Shown: positions 38,352 to 52,614, numbered from the stretch's first letter. The stretch is DNA of 64,000 nucleotides from Octopus sinensis (GCF_006345805.1 NC_043003.1:67332001-67396000), one strand, 5' to 3'. The notes: a model not told the origin generated them from the letters alone. Translations and numbers: made by a program.

Positions 38352-38676
38352 TATATAAAATTAGAAAGAACCACCTTTTATCAATTCAAAATAAACAATT
38401 AAATTACAACATATAGAAAATTACATATAATAGAAATATTGAAATTAAAATAACAATAAAATACTAATGATTAAGTAAATTGCAAAAAAATAATAAAAGC
38501 GTATCGTTATTCGACCAAGCATATACGCTTTTATTATTTTTTTGGCAATTTACTTAATCATTGGTATTTTATTGTTATTTTAATTTTAATATTTCTATTG
38601 TATGTAACTTTCTAGATGGTGTAATTTAATTGTTCATTTTGAATTGATAAAAGGTGGTTCTTTCTAATTTTATATA
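38352..38676. repeat. Long AT-rich palindrome, ~150-bp arms and 18-bp spacer
   Basis: 38354-38504 (tataaaattagaaagaaccacc..aaaagcgtat) is the reverse complement of 38523-38674. Confidence 0.92.
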
Positions 38677-38678
38677 TA

Positions 38679-38711
<33 letters not shown>

Positions 38712-39607
38712 CATACATACATACATCATACATACATACATACATACATACATACATACATACATACATACATACATACATACATACATACAAAGAATGT
38801 TTACTATTTGCATTCACGTGCACACAAACACACTGATAGGCACCTATGCAAATATAATCATTTATATAAATTTATATTCTTTTTGTGTCTTCGTGCATCT
38901 TTAAGGAGCGGAAAGGAGAGCAGATGATTCTTGCTCCTTTTTATTTTTTCTTGTTTTGAGTAATTCTTCCCGTTTTTCTAAAGGCAATAAATATAACACT
39001 CATTTCATAAGGTGCTATCACACGACCATTCGAAAAATTTTGTCATGTTCCAAGTTAACAGTAAATCAATAATATGATTATGTCTAAAATTAATTTCTTT
39101 CCAAGCAGGACGATATTTTTACGTGTTGCAAATACTAAAAAGAGCCATGGATATATATACATACATACATACATATATATATACGCACACACATATATAT
39201 ACATGTGTATATATATATGAGAAGTGTATGTATAAGTGGAGGGAGAAATGGACAGGGAGTGATATATAGAAAAATAGATATATAGGTTCATGGGTATAGA
39301 TACATGACGGTATATATATTAACGCATAAACACGCACCCACACGCACAAATTTATGAAACTCTGTACCTATCTATCTATGTATAGCCGTGTATGTATTAC
39401 TCTATTTTCTACCTCCTCCCCACCTGGTTATATATATATATATGTGTGTGTATGTATGTGTATTTATGTAGGTGTGTGTGTGTGTGTGTGTAAATTGTAG
39501 TTTATCTTTCAGTCTACTTTTGTCATAGCTGTGCGGCCTTATTGGTTCGCCAATTTGGAAGTCACACAAATCAATAACCTTTCATATGTTGAATATCTGG
39601 TACTTAC

Positions 39608-39685
<78 letters not shown>

Positions 39686-39829
39686 ATTTGGTGTGAAAAC
39701 GTCAAGTTACGGAAGCGTAAACAAGCCAACTCCGGCTGTTAATATGTGGTTGGTACACACACAAAATTTCATGCACACAAACACACACACGCTCATGACT
39801 AAATATGTACATTCTTGTAATGTATTAAC

Positions 39830-40659
39830 TTCTTAAGATTGTTATTTAGGCAGTACGTTATATATCCCAGGGCCCCAATAATTACAGGTATAAACGTGAA
39901 CTTGTAATCTGAATAGAGTAACTGTAGATTTCTCAATAGTTCAGCATAGGTGTTCTCTTTTTCACTGAACTTCGGCTTCATGTTAACATCCATGGGCAGC
40001 TAATTTCCACGACTCTGCACAGTTTCTCTTCTCTTTCCCAAATCGTTATATCAAGTTTGTTGTGCTTACATTTTATCGAGGGCTTCACTGGGACATTGCA
40101 CCAGTATTCATTTTTATTATGAGTGTTTCTGACTCCTACCATATTGCGGGTTCTTCATTCTTTGTCCTCGGGATTACCCTTCCAACGGATTTCATTATAG
40201 AGTATCCTAGCTACAACATCATCTCTCATCGGCAGATAATACTGTGATGGCATTTTCGGACAACTGCTTATGATGTGGGTGATATCTTCAGTGTGAACTC
40301 CACAAAGTCAGCTTCGATTGTCACATATTACTGCTTTTCCTGCATCTCTATCCTTTTTGGGTATCTGTTATTTGGCTGATATTTTCTGTTCCTGGATTGC
40401 AAACTCTTTATCTTCAAAGTGGGCGATAGTAATCTGGCTATTGGTCCATGATAAACTGCTTTGATGATCGATGCTGCTATCATCTCCGAGCTTTCTACTA
40501 AGATAGCAATACATAGTCTTCTGCTCATACAGGCTCATTCTTTCATCTGAAGATAAGTTGCAGTAGAGTTGTGTGGCTTCTTTGGTTATTCTAGGTTATC
40601 AGACAAAGAGTGTTGCTCAAGGAGCCACCTTCCACATCTTATGATGTTATTAGCGATAT
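39830..40659 (-). mobile_element. R4/Dong-type LINE fragment, subfamily B (knuckle + REL)
   Basis: Minus strand: FAIQEQKI..; knuckle ..EDITHIISSCPKM; ..VPVKPSIKCKHN..; EKENTYAELLRNLQLLYSDYKFTFIPVIIGALG. The 5' end abuts (TACA)-like repeats. Confidence 0.85.
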
Positions 40660-43611
40660 CTATGTATGCACGTATGTATGTATTTATGCATGTATGTATA
40701 CACCCACATACATACATAACTACGAGCGTGTGTGAATTATGTATCAAAATTTGCCCTATCGATTACCTAAATGATTGGTGATTATTGTTTTTCTTATTTG
40801 TATCTCGAGCAATTATACATGTAAATAGCTTGTATATTTACATTCCCATTCCTTAAATCATTACAACAGCTTTGCCATTAATTTCAAATAAAATTATTGA
40901 CAGACGTAGAATTTTAGTTTCGTAACAAAATATACCTATTTTGAATATTAAAATGTGCAGAGACACCAGTATACGCTAAGGCGAATAAGGTCGTGATCGC
41001 AATAAATTAAAAGAAATCAGCATTAAGGATGGATATGATAATAAGAACTTTTGCGTAAAATATAAGCATATGAGGAGCTGATTATACCATTTGTAAATAT
41101 GTAGTGTTTAAATGTTATAAACGTCGTCGGCAAACTTCCAGCGTCTTATTTGACTAAACTTGTTTAGATACATGCGTTCATACAAGCATACATACATCGA
41201 TACATACATTCATACACACATACACAGATTCACACCAACACATATGTGTGTGTGTGTTTGCGCGCGTGAGTGTGAATATGTATGACGTCCCGGTTAAATA
41301 CACGACTCTAGTTTGTATCCTTCACTGGATAACAAGTTGTTTAATAGATGAACAGCTTCTTCTAAATATACAATGTCATAAGCATTAATGAAGGCATAGA
41401 AAGTAAACTAAACGCCAGATCGATGATCCCTTTTCCCAGCGGGTGTGTGTATAACGCGTGCAACGAAAGAACCATGCTCTCAATAAAATCCGCATTCTGT
41501 TGTAACACTCCCTCAACGTCTCTGTATATCAGAGAAATAAGGAAAATATCAGCAAAGTTGACTGACAAGCTAGACATATTCTACAAACCGTGATGATAAA
41601 CAAAGATTCTTAGCGTTAAATCTGCATAAAATTGTAGAGATTTGTTTATCACGGGGTTGTCCACTAGTTTCTTTCTATCTCCTGGCAGCTGTCTATCTCT
41701 TATCGCCATCTAAATATTCAGCTGCATTTCATAGACACCGGCATAAAGAAAATGGAAAAGAGAGCTGGACTACAAGTAGCTAGTGCCGGTTATTCTTTAT
41801 GTAGAGAACCCTCACCTACATCAGCCCATCGTAGTGTAGCGTTGTCATGTATTGCGAGGGCCGTGCTGCAGAAATATTCGAGCCTCAAACTTTCACATAT
41901 ATAGGCTTCAAGGGAACTGTAGACACACATGTCACCAAAGTTAATTACTCAAGCGCTTCTTTAGATATAAACACATGCATTTATAAGCTTCTCCAAAAAC
42001 TAATTAACAAATGATATAAACTAATAAGTTTTCTTTCTCCTTCCTAGCATTTCATATAATTGGTCTCCAACTCAAGTTGTAGGGTTTCTAATATATGATT
42101 TGCGAAAAGTATTTTTGTCAAAGAGTCTCTTTTACGAAGCTGTACACTCCTAAACCTTGGCTTCAAAGAACGACTCGTTTATAACCAACACACACAAACA
42201 AACTATACGATAACATACTTTGAAACGTTCTGGTTTGCACTCCCTTTCTTGTAAGATATTAAAATCTTATGAAAGCAGTGCATTCATGTCTCTCATAGAT
42301 GTAGGTTTTCCGCTACTTAAACATTTATAATAACGATTCTTATCATAAAACATTCAATCAGTGAATGGTGTAAATAAATTACATCCCTCTTCCAAACACG
42401 AATCCATTGGTAAGATCTAAAGCCCTTTCAACTTTAGACCCAGGATTTTCATGTAAAATGAAAGACGTAACATGCAACATCTCGCCAGTTATTCATGAAT
42501 ATGGAATCATCCGCATTATCAGCAAATAGTGAGAGAAAATCAGTGTTATATCGTTTTGATTCGGGGTTTATTTTACCAGCGGATCTGCAAACATTTTCCA
42601 TTGTTGAATCATACGGACAAGTGGAGCGGCACGATTACCGTAGATTGCGTATGTATTCTGAATTAACGTCCAGAAAATATAACTTAATATGGGGAGTTCA
42701 TGAGGCAATAAAGATATACATAAATGAAACCAAGAAGTAAATCTCTGGTCAACTCAGCGAGTATAAAATAAGAAACATATCAAAATACTAATTTCAGCCT
42801 CAAACACAAAATGTACATCTCAAATATATTTTGACATGGTCAGCTAAATAAAAGCAAGCAAAAATATATCGCTTCGCAATTCCAAACTGTCTTCGAGAGC
42901 CACTGGAATGTAGCAACACGTACGTCCCTTTCTTCCTCTATTCTTTACTTTTAATTCTTCTCAAAAACCTCCTTACCATTTATAACATCTTAATCTATCT
43001 TACTTCTTTTCTCGATTCAATTTATTCCCGTCTTCTACATCTGTAAATACTTCCTTTATCGTATTAAAACACAAATGAAACCTTATCTACGCTATTGCTA
43101 GTGCAGATTACATTAATATAATGCATTTATATAATGCCTCAATTAACGGCATCAATACTTTGTTTCCAGTTTTAATTAGTGGTTTTCTAAAACTGTTCCT
43201 ACACAACCTTACATACCCACTAATCTGGATTAAAGCCCCATGGATTGACCCTTTTCTTTAAAAGCTAATTTTTAGGTCTTTCATCCTTGCAGTTGAATGA
43301 TGCAAGTGAGAATTCATATTAAAAAAAGTGAGTGAAATAAGTACTAGAAATATTATACAATTAATCAGTAAACGTAATCGACGTTGTTGTTTTTACAACA
43401 TCTCCGTATTAAGTACCGCTAGGGGACCACCGTCTGTTGCAAACATCCGGATAACTCAGATCAGACGATGACTTCAAAGGGTTATTGTATCCTCCCGTGA
43501 AATAGATCAGTCAGTGATATTTGTTCTTGTCCCCAGTCAGTTACAGCCTTGAAATCTTTCGGAGCGGTGTCATCCCGTCTCTAACTAAACCATAATAATA
43601 ACAATAATAGT

Positions 43612-43795
43612 TTCTACTATAGGCACCAGGCCTGCAATTTGGGAGAAGTGCGTAGCTGGTTATATTTCATCGATCCCGAAAGGATGAAAGGCAAGGTCGA
43701 CGTCGGCGGAATTTGAACTCAGAACGTAGCGACGGGCGAAATACCACTAAGCATTTTGTCCAATGTGTTAACGATTCTGCCAGCTCGCCACCCTA
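43612..43795 (-). mobile_element. SINE family A
   Basis: Reverse complement of ggcgagctggcagaatcgttaacacattggac..gagttcaaattccgccgacgtcgacc. Confidence 0.85.
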
Positions 43796-43804
43796 CCATA
43801 AAAA

Positions 43805-43827
43805 TAATAGTAATAATGATGATGATG

Positions 43828-43901
<74 letters not shown>

Positions 43902-43962
43902 AAGAAGAAGAGAAGAAGAAGAAGAAGAAGAAGAAGAAGAAGAAGAAGAAGAAGAAGAAGAA
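43805..43962. repeat. Compound (AAT)n-(GAA)n microsatellite
   Basis: Direct reading of the sequence. Confidence 0.97.
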
Positions 43963-44576
43963 GGACTAAATCGATGAATTTATTCTATAATTATACAAGT
44001 TAAATGATGTGCAATAAAATTTCAATGTTTATAGAGACAACATTCAAAAGGTGACATCTAAATGATCACAAACTTAATATTTTTTTCAGCAAATAAAATA
44101 GTGTTACTTGGAGTGAAAAGGCAGGTAAATTTTTGCGACAAATTTGATTTATCAAATTTTGAGATTAAATAATGCGGTTAAACGAACGTTGTATGCCAGA
44201 TAAATAAACATTGATTTATATTAGAGAGCAAACAAAATTCCTCTTTTGTGGATGTTTATAACGAGTAATATTTTCGGAGGCATATATTTTATAAATAAAT
44301 TTATTCATTTTAATATCAAACTGCAACCAACAGAGAATCAATAATTATTTATAGCTGGTTCATTATGAATGAACTTACTGATTGGTAACATATACAATTT
44401 TATACTTGCAAATATAGGATACTATATTCTATATTGTCATCATAAATTGATTTGTATGCATTCCGAGTTAACACTATGCTTGCGTAGCATACTGAAATAT
44501 ATTTCACAACGTTTTTGTTATTGACTGTGTGTATATTTACCCTTGCTTGTAGCACTTTCACTTTTTCACATTTAAT

Positions 44577-44878
44577 GTACGAGGGTGAGTCAAAAAGTAA
44601 TGCCATTTTGTTTAGGACAGTTATAATTACCAACACAGGAATATGTATAATACATCAAAATGAAGCTGGTCCTCTGTGGATCACATCCCTTCTTCTCAAA
44701 ATAGTCACCGTTTCTCTCAGTAGCAATGTTCCACCTTCTAATGAGAGTATGTATCCCTGCCCTGTAAAATTCAGTTCACTGTTCTTTGAGCCACTTTTTC
44801 ACTACAGTTTTCACTTCCTCGTCACTGGACTATCATATCTTCGGCCCCATGAAAAAGGGTTTGAAAGGCAAACATTAT
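44577..44878. mobile_element. Mariner right end (minus) joined to an inverted internal piece (plus)
   Basis: TIR tacgagggtgagtcaaaaagt; minus strand DEEVKTVVKKWLKEQ*TEFYRAGIHTLIRRWNIATERNGDYFEK; then plus strand [17 protein letters not shown]. Confidence 0.85.
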
Positions 44879-45370
44879 ACATACGCATATACATGCATAT
44901 ACATACATATACTTACATATATATATGCATATACATACATATACTTACGTATATACATGCATATACAAACATATACGTACATATACTTACATATATACAT
45001 GCATATACATACATATACTTACGTATATACATGCATATACATACATATACTTACATATATACATGCTTATACATACATACACATACTTACATATATACAT
45101 GCATATACATACATATACTTACGTATATACACGCATATACATACATATACTTAAATATATACATGTATATACATACATACATATACTTACATATATACAT
45201 GCTTATACATACATACACATACTTACATATATACATGCATATACATACATATACTTAGGTATATACACGCATATACATACATATACTTACATATATACAT
45301 GCATATACATACATATACTTACATATATACATGCATATACAGACATATACTTACATATATACATTCATAT
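44879..45370. repeat. ~32-bp minisatellite derived from (TACA)n, followed by (GACA)n/(GATA)n to about 45527
   Basis: Unit atacatacatatacttacatatatacatgcat; gcat anchors 32 bp apart (44895, 44927, 44959) with occasional longer units. Confidence 0.85.
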
Positions 45371-45406
45371 ACAGACAGACGGACAGAGACAGACAGACAG
45401 GCAGAC

Positions 45407-45529
<123 letters not shown>

Positions 45530-46349
45530 AGATAATATAATCATGGCTTTCACCTACTTAGCGCATCATGCCGGTTCCTGACTAGCATAATATTCTTATC
45601 GTATATATATATATATATATCTGTATGTGTGGGCGTGTGTGCGCGCGCCTTTGTGAGCGTTGTTATTGATGACCTGTTTTATTTGAACGAGTTCTTCACA
45701 TGATGATTTTCTTTAGGCGACACTATATCTGCTAAGAAACATGTACGAAGTAAAGGATCTCATTTAAATTCATCCATACATGCATTTATGCATGCTTTCA
45801 GATCTTCCGTCAACCGATCCTTAATTGCGTTGCTGATCATACTGGAAGACGACAGAGAGACCAACGACCCACTGTTTTTGCATAATTATATATTTTGTTA
45901 CACGTTCCATATTCTCTTGCTCATCCCTGCTTCGATAGTGTATTAATGTGCTATTTATACATGCACAAGTAAATGTAACAATGAAATCGCAAGATTAAAT
46001 GCGCACTGATTTAAATTTCTGTAAATTTAAAAATCAATATATACATACATACACACATGCATACCTACTTACCTACCTTACATACCTACCAATCTACCTA
46101 CACATCTATCAACCTATCTACTTGCCAACCTACCAGGTTACCTACCTACCTGCATCCTTATCTACTTACATACACACATGCATAGGTATACACATACATA
46201 CATATACATAGACATATACATATATAAATATATGCCTACATACATACAGACAGACATACAGACAGACAGACAGGCAGACGGACAGACAGACAGACACACA
46301 GACACACAGACACACAGGCAGATATATAGATAGATAGATAGATAGATAT

Positions 46350-46409
<60 letters not shown>

Positions 46410-46464
46410 CGTGCATACATATATACATACATAGTTTGAGAGAACGAAAGAGAGAGATTATTTT

Positions 46465-46640
46465 CTACTCTAGGTACAAGGCGTAAAATTTTTGGGAAGG
46501 TTGTCGGTCAATTAGATCGACCCCAGTTCGTAGATGTTACTTAATTTATCGACCCCCAAAGGGTAAAAGGTGAAGGCGGAATTTGAACACAGAACATAAA
46601 GACAGACCACATACCGCAAAGGATATCGCCTCGAACGGGA
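46465..46640 (-). mobile_element. SINE family A, decayed
   Basis: gatcgaccccagt..cttaatttatcgaccccc..ggcggaatttgaacacagaac is the reverse complement of the family A body. Confidence 0.7.
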
Positions 46641-47269
46641 GAGAGAGACTGAGATTGAATGATTGATAGACGCATACATACAAGTATATAAATGCACACA
46701 CAAACATATTTAAACATATATATTCATATATGCAGATTTAAACATATATATATTTATATCATTTTACATATATACATATAAATATATGTGTGTGAATGTG
46801 TGCCTGTGTGTTTGTGTCTGTATGTGTGTGTGTGTGTGCGTGTGTGTGTGTGCGCGCGTGTGCGTGTGCGTGTGCGTGTGCGCGTGTGTATGCGTGCGTG
46901 TGTACGTGTGTGCATGCGTGTGTGCGTGTGAGTGTGTGTGTGAGTGTGTGTGTGTAACATATTACACAAATTCAAAATTAGAAATGCAGATTTAAAGATG
47001 TAGTTGGATTTGCAACGCACGCCAAAATGCCTACATATAAATTTTGGAGAAAGTACCATCACTGGCAATCTATGAACAAAATAAAAAATCTGAAGAACTC
47101 CATTAGCGGCGACTAGTAATGTCATTCTCTCATTTTCCATCTAGTGACGAGTAAGATCAAACGAACACACGAAACAGGATTTTTAGGATATATTCACATT
47201 TTAGCAACCTCACACGGATTAGCAATTAAATTATTTGCATGTTTCTAACATAGATTTTTGTGAAACCAA

Positions 47270-48835
47270 GAGGGGGTATCAAAAATTTCGTAGACTAGTT
47301 CTGTAGCGCGCCAATACATGGCAGCACAAGGTTGCGTGCGCAGTGAGAACTAACAGTAGCCTTTATGAGGTAGTGTTCCGTATGACATCGATGTGTTTAG
47401 TTCGCAAATTGTGAAATTTGTGTTTTTGTGATCAGGCGTATGCTGTAGTCTGCCATTGTGCCTTGGACTGGAAGAACCAAATTGATATTTTGTGTTAAAC
47501 TTGGGAAGTCTGCTACAGAGGAATTGATCATGCTTTGGCAAGCTGACGGTGACAAGGCAATGGGTCGTACGCAGTGTTTCGAATGGCACGTGTGCTTTCT
47601 CGAAGACCTGCCAAGTGTGTCGCCCCACCCCCAGAAAAGAGTAGAAAATTCATCAGCTTGTGTGTGAGGATAGTTGAATGACAATCAATGAATTGCCGAT
47701 TTTCGTGGTCTATCATAAATGTCAGTGCAGGAAATGCTCACGTCTGAAATGAACATACTGCCTATCTCTGCCAAGTTTGTGCACTACCTGCTGTCCACTG
47801 AAATAAAGAACAATGCATCGAGCGTTATAAGGCGGAGGGCTGGCAGAAACGTTAGCACGCCGGGCAAAGTGCGTAGCCGTATTTCGTCTGCCGTTACGTT
47901 CTGAGTTCAAATTCCACCGAGGTCGACTTTGCCTTTGATCCTTTTGGGGTCGATAAATTAAGTACCAGTTACGCACTGGTGTCGATGTAATCAACTTAAT
48001 CCGTTTGTCTGTCCTTGTTTGTCCTCTCTATGTTTAGCCCCTTGTAGGTAGTAAAGAAATAGGTATTTCATCTGCCGTTACATTCTAAGTTCAAATTCCG
48101 CCGAGGTCGACTTCGTCTTTCATCCTTTCGGGGTCGATTAAATAAGTACCAGTAAATCACAGGGGTCGATATAATCGAGTTAAACCCGTTGTCTGTCCTC
48201 GGTTGTCCCCTCTATGTTTGGCCCCTTGTGGGCAATAAAGAAATAAGAACAACGCGTCGAAATCTGCCCTGATTTCCGTCAGAGTGCCGCTGATGACCCA
48301 TACTTCATGTCGAGGATCAGTACAATTGAGGATAGTTGGGTCTAATCTGAGACGATTCAGAACTATCAAAATGGAAGGACCCTGCATCTTCACGACCGAA
48401 GAAGGCATGACAAGCCGCAGATCATTCTTGAGCATGCTCATCGTTGTTATCTATAGTGTGCATGGAGAACGCGTCCCCGAGGGCCAGACCGTTAATCGAG
48501 AGTTCTGTTGCGATGTTTTCTAGCGTTTGAGGAAATTCGGCAAAACGACCGAATGTCAACTGTAGCCGGAACACAACTGTAACCAGAACTCAGCTGTGGT
48601 CGGCGCTCAAATGTAGTCGTTTTGAACCCCGTTGTCGAGATCCAGATCGAACTGCTGAATGTGCCCGACTCGCTTACGGAAAACGACTTCCATCCCGGGC
48701 TCCATAAGTCGCAGGAACGCTGGGAATGGTGTATTGCTACGCAAAGTGACTATTTCGAAGGAGAAGTTATAAAAACTTTGGTAAATAATTTTTATTTTTA
48801 TTAAGCATAACTAGTCCTGGAACGTTTTCATATAT
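47270..48835 (+). mobile_element. Near full-length decayed mariner transposon, interrupted by a SINE dimer
   Basis: FCVKLGKSATEELIMLWQADGDKAMGRTQCFEW; SVQEMLTSEMNILPISAKFVHYLL; QRVEIC..DPYFMSRI..SWV; VPEGQTVNREF; LTENDF..ERWEWCIATQSDYFEG. Degenerate TIRs tatcaaaaatttcgtagactagt / actagtcctggaacgttttcata. Confidence 0.92.
47822..48244 (+). mobile_element. SINE family A dimer with 16-bp TSD
   Basis: Flanks aagaacaatgcatcga (47806-47821) and aagaacaacgcgtcga (48245-48260). Confidence 0.9.
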
Positions 48836-48871
48836 GTTACTGTAACACAGTATCAACAAAAATTATATGGT

Positions 48872-49165
48872 TTGTGTTGAGTGAAAAGATTTGCAATATT
48901 TTGGTAAAGTATTTGCTTTATTTGACAAGTAGCAGCAAAAATGGCCTAGTATTCAAAGTAGAGGTCATAGTATTGTACCGTCTGAATCCTCTTTCCTGCC
49001 AGTTCTATGATCTCAGGCCTTTACCAGTTTTTGTCCTCCGAGACGAAGAACCCCTTCACTGAATTTTCCCCTCCTATGTGTGGAGAATTGTCTCTAAACG
49101 TTGTTACGATGCTATTAACGCCCACATCAACTGGTTTCTGCTTAGTCATCCGCCAATGAACTACG
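48872..49165. mobile_element. Mariner right end (minus) followed by a short plus-strand internal piece
   Basis: Minus strand VKGFFVSEDKNW*RPEIIELAGKRIQTVQYYDLYFEY*; then plus strand NWFLLSHPP, similar to the mariner WEVLxHPPYSPD motif. Confidence 0.7.
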
Positions 49166-50541
49166 TCTTAAAGTCTTCCATCCTTGCAACAAGGAATATA
49201 ACATCCCCCAGCAGGATTAGACAGGGTGCATATTGATCTGAAAGATTTTATGCATGCATGCATACATACATACAGGTGAATATGTATACATACGCACAGA
49301 AATAAAAACATATGCCTGTTATCTTTATCCTTTCGTCGTTTGCTTTGTTGCACTACAGCAGGCATGCTGGAGTACCGCCTGGAATAGTTTTAGTTCGAAC
49401 GAACCGACACCAGTATTTATTAGCGTGTCGGAGGTAGGACACTTCCGGTCTGTATCTGGGGCAGATGTTGTTTTGTCTTCTGATCGGCCGTTCGTGTCTT
49501 TTTGCATTCGTCCGTGTCTCAGAGGACGCCTGTCATCCATGAATATCATTTAGTTTATTGGTTGCTCTTTGTTACTCTGTGTCTGATTTGTATCAGTTAG
49601 CCCATTTTGCTGCTCCTGTGGTGGTAAGCCGACAAAGATATTTTAAGTTCATTTAAGTATATTAAGTTGTCCTATGTTAACCTGAGATATATACATATAA
49701 TAAAATGTAGATGATTGTATATCCATGGGTGAAAGAGCTTCAGTTTATTCGATGTAATATTTTATTTATTACCTATGTGCATTATATAATGTTCAAGCAT
49801 TAAAACTCGGAATGTTCAACATTTTCCCTCTTTTAGTACTTTTCGCATGTGTATATCAGTTATGATAAACATGTTAAATATATCTATGTTGTAGTAGAGA
49901 TTTTTGTTACAAGACGATTCTATATCAGTAAGCCATATGAGTAAGAATTTATAAGAATGCCCCATAAAATACCAGTATCAGTAAAATTTATCAGAATTCC
50001 TCAGAAAAATGGCAGTTAATTTATTTATGAAACATGTCAAATTACATTCTGTTTCGTGTTATGTAAATATCAAAGAGTGGTGTCGTGTTTGGACCTGTCA
50101 GAATATTTTATTATTATCAGAATATCATCACATCAGAAAACAAAGGGGAGAAAATTCTGTTCAAATAATTTTGTATATAAGTTTGTCTTACTTTTTGTTT
50201 TGTTCTTATTTTATGTTTGTAGTCTATCGTACACATGCCGCACACCAATATGTACACGTGGCACAAAAACACATCGTAACGCACGAATAGAATCCAAATG
50301 GCTCTAAAATTCAAACCATTGTTCATCTTTATTGTCATAGTGGTGTTAATGACCCCGCCCGACTAGATTTGCACACGAAGCAGCAACGCTTGATCTATCG
50401 GTATCTTTTGCGGGATTGCAATGCTACGGAGAGATTATCACGCCAAAACCGCTGGACAACCACTGCTGAAGGCCAAACAGAAATAACAGTAAACGCACAC
50501 ACTTGTGCATGCATACACACGCACAACAGGCACACATATAG

Positions 50542-50596
<55 letters not shown>

Positions 50597-50597
50597 A

Positions 50598-50653
<56 letters not shown>

Positions 50654-52523
50654 TATATATATATTATATATATATAATATATAATCCAAACAGAACAAAG
50701 GAGAAAAACACAACGACGCGAGGACGTGGCACAAGTATGGTGTTATTGGAGGCTAAGGAAAGGAAAGGAAGAAGGAGGATTTAGCGTTTCGAGCGGATTC
50801 TTCGTCTAGAAAAAGGAAAGGTCCAAGGAAGGGAAGACGGAGAAAGAAAATCCCAACGATACACACGCGGTCACATAGTGAAATGTATATATCTATATAT
50901 ACATACATATATATATACATATATATATATATGTGTCTATGTCTGTGTGTGTTTGTGGAATTATGTATATGTACATATATATAGACATATACATACACAC
51001 ACACAGATGCAAATATACATGCATGCTGGTTTGTTTTTCAAGTTGCGTGTGCTCGATCGTCGTGCGTACCTGATTCTTTGTTTTCGAGATGCATCTGCTT
51101 CTATTGCATATCACCAAAACTACGACCAATTAACGCAAATTGCGCCTAATTAAAAGTAAAAATTGATCCTTTGTATTCTCTCTTGAAATTAATATGAATA
51201 CGTTTCATGAATTGTCAAATATATTATATTTCCAAATAGAAGACATTTCATAAGAGAGAACTTTATTAATATTCGTAATAATTATTCTCTGACAGTGTCA
51301 ATTTATTGTTGTGATATTCCACTAATTACCACATTCTTCTTATTAATTACATCTAATAAACTCTTACGATTTGGCATTAAATGGTGTGTGCTTCAGTGTA
51401 TATATGTATAAATTTATATGTGTTTGTAAATTCGTTCCTTTTATTGTTTATTTTTACAATGTTTTGCTTAGAATTTTTTTGCTTTCAAGCATCTTGTTTG
51501 AGAGATGATCGTTTCTTGAGCAGATGCAATGTTCCTTTGAATGTCGGCTGAAAAATACTTGTCTGCAGAGATATGAACGTTTTCAATTACGCTAAACGAA
51601 ACTGCAGTTTGACTTTTAGTGGGTGTTATGTATGAATTCATATACATACCTACGTATGTAAGCATATATGTCCCTCTCTATGTGTATATGTGACTGGGCA
51701 AATATACATGCACACACACACATACACACACACACACACATCAACAGACAACACACATATCACTACACCCACATCACACACACACACCACACACACACAC
51801 ACACACCTCATATATATATTATATATATATATATATATATACATACATACATATATATGTATGCATATATATTTATAAACATGTATGCATATACTTACAA
51901 ATATATATCCGTTGTGTAAAACGAACATAAATTATGTTTTCTGTACCACATGATGTCAACACGCCGTGATGGTGCTGTTCTAATTTACTGCTGAAGTTAC
52001 CATGAGATAACGCCATATACACTTACTGTAATTAAAATCGCAATATATATCGTACATAGACGCATATCGTCTTGGCGGCGTCCGGAACTAACACTAAATG
52101 CATTTCAGCATTATTGGGCTCCGTCAGTAGCATGTACTCACAGCCAATCGCATGCTAAGAAGAAAGCTATCGTTACATAAACACAGGCACAAAGAAGTGA
52201 GAAGAATGAGAAAGAGAGAAGGTGAGGGAGAGAAAGTGGATTGCTTTGTTTCAACCCAGGAATAGGAGCCCGGACGGTTTATAATCACACGTATAGCATT
52301 TTTTTTTCCATATTCGGTAACTTGGACAGGTACTTGTGGAGGCTGCAGCTGATGGTATGTTCTGGAATTGAATGGGTTAATCTGTCGTAAAACTTTCCAT
52401 TGCGGTATTTATATATTTTATATTCTATATAATGAACAAGAGACTGAATAATTCCCAAGGTGCCTATGACATTCACCATAGACAAACATATTGCACTTCG
52501 TTAATCACATACGGACACAAGTG

Positions 52524-52614
<91 letters not shown>

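Noticed and set aside
44879-45370. CRISPR-like periodicity
   Set aside because: Contiguous tandem units with no unique spacers, in a eukaryotic context with no cas genes.
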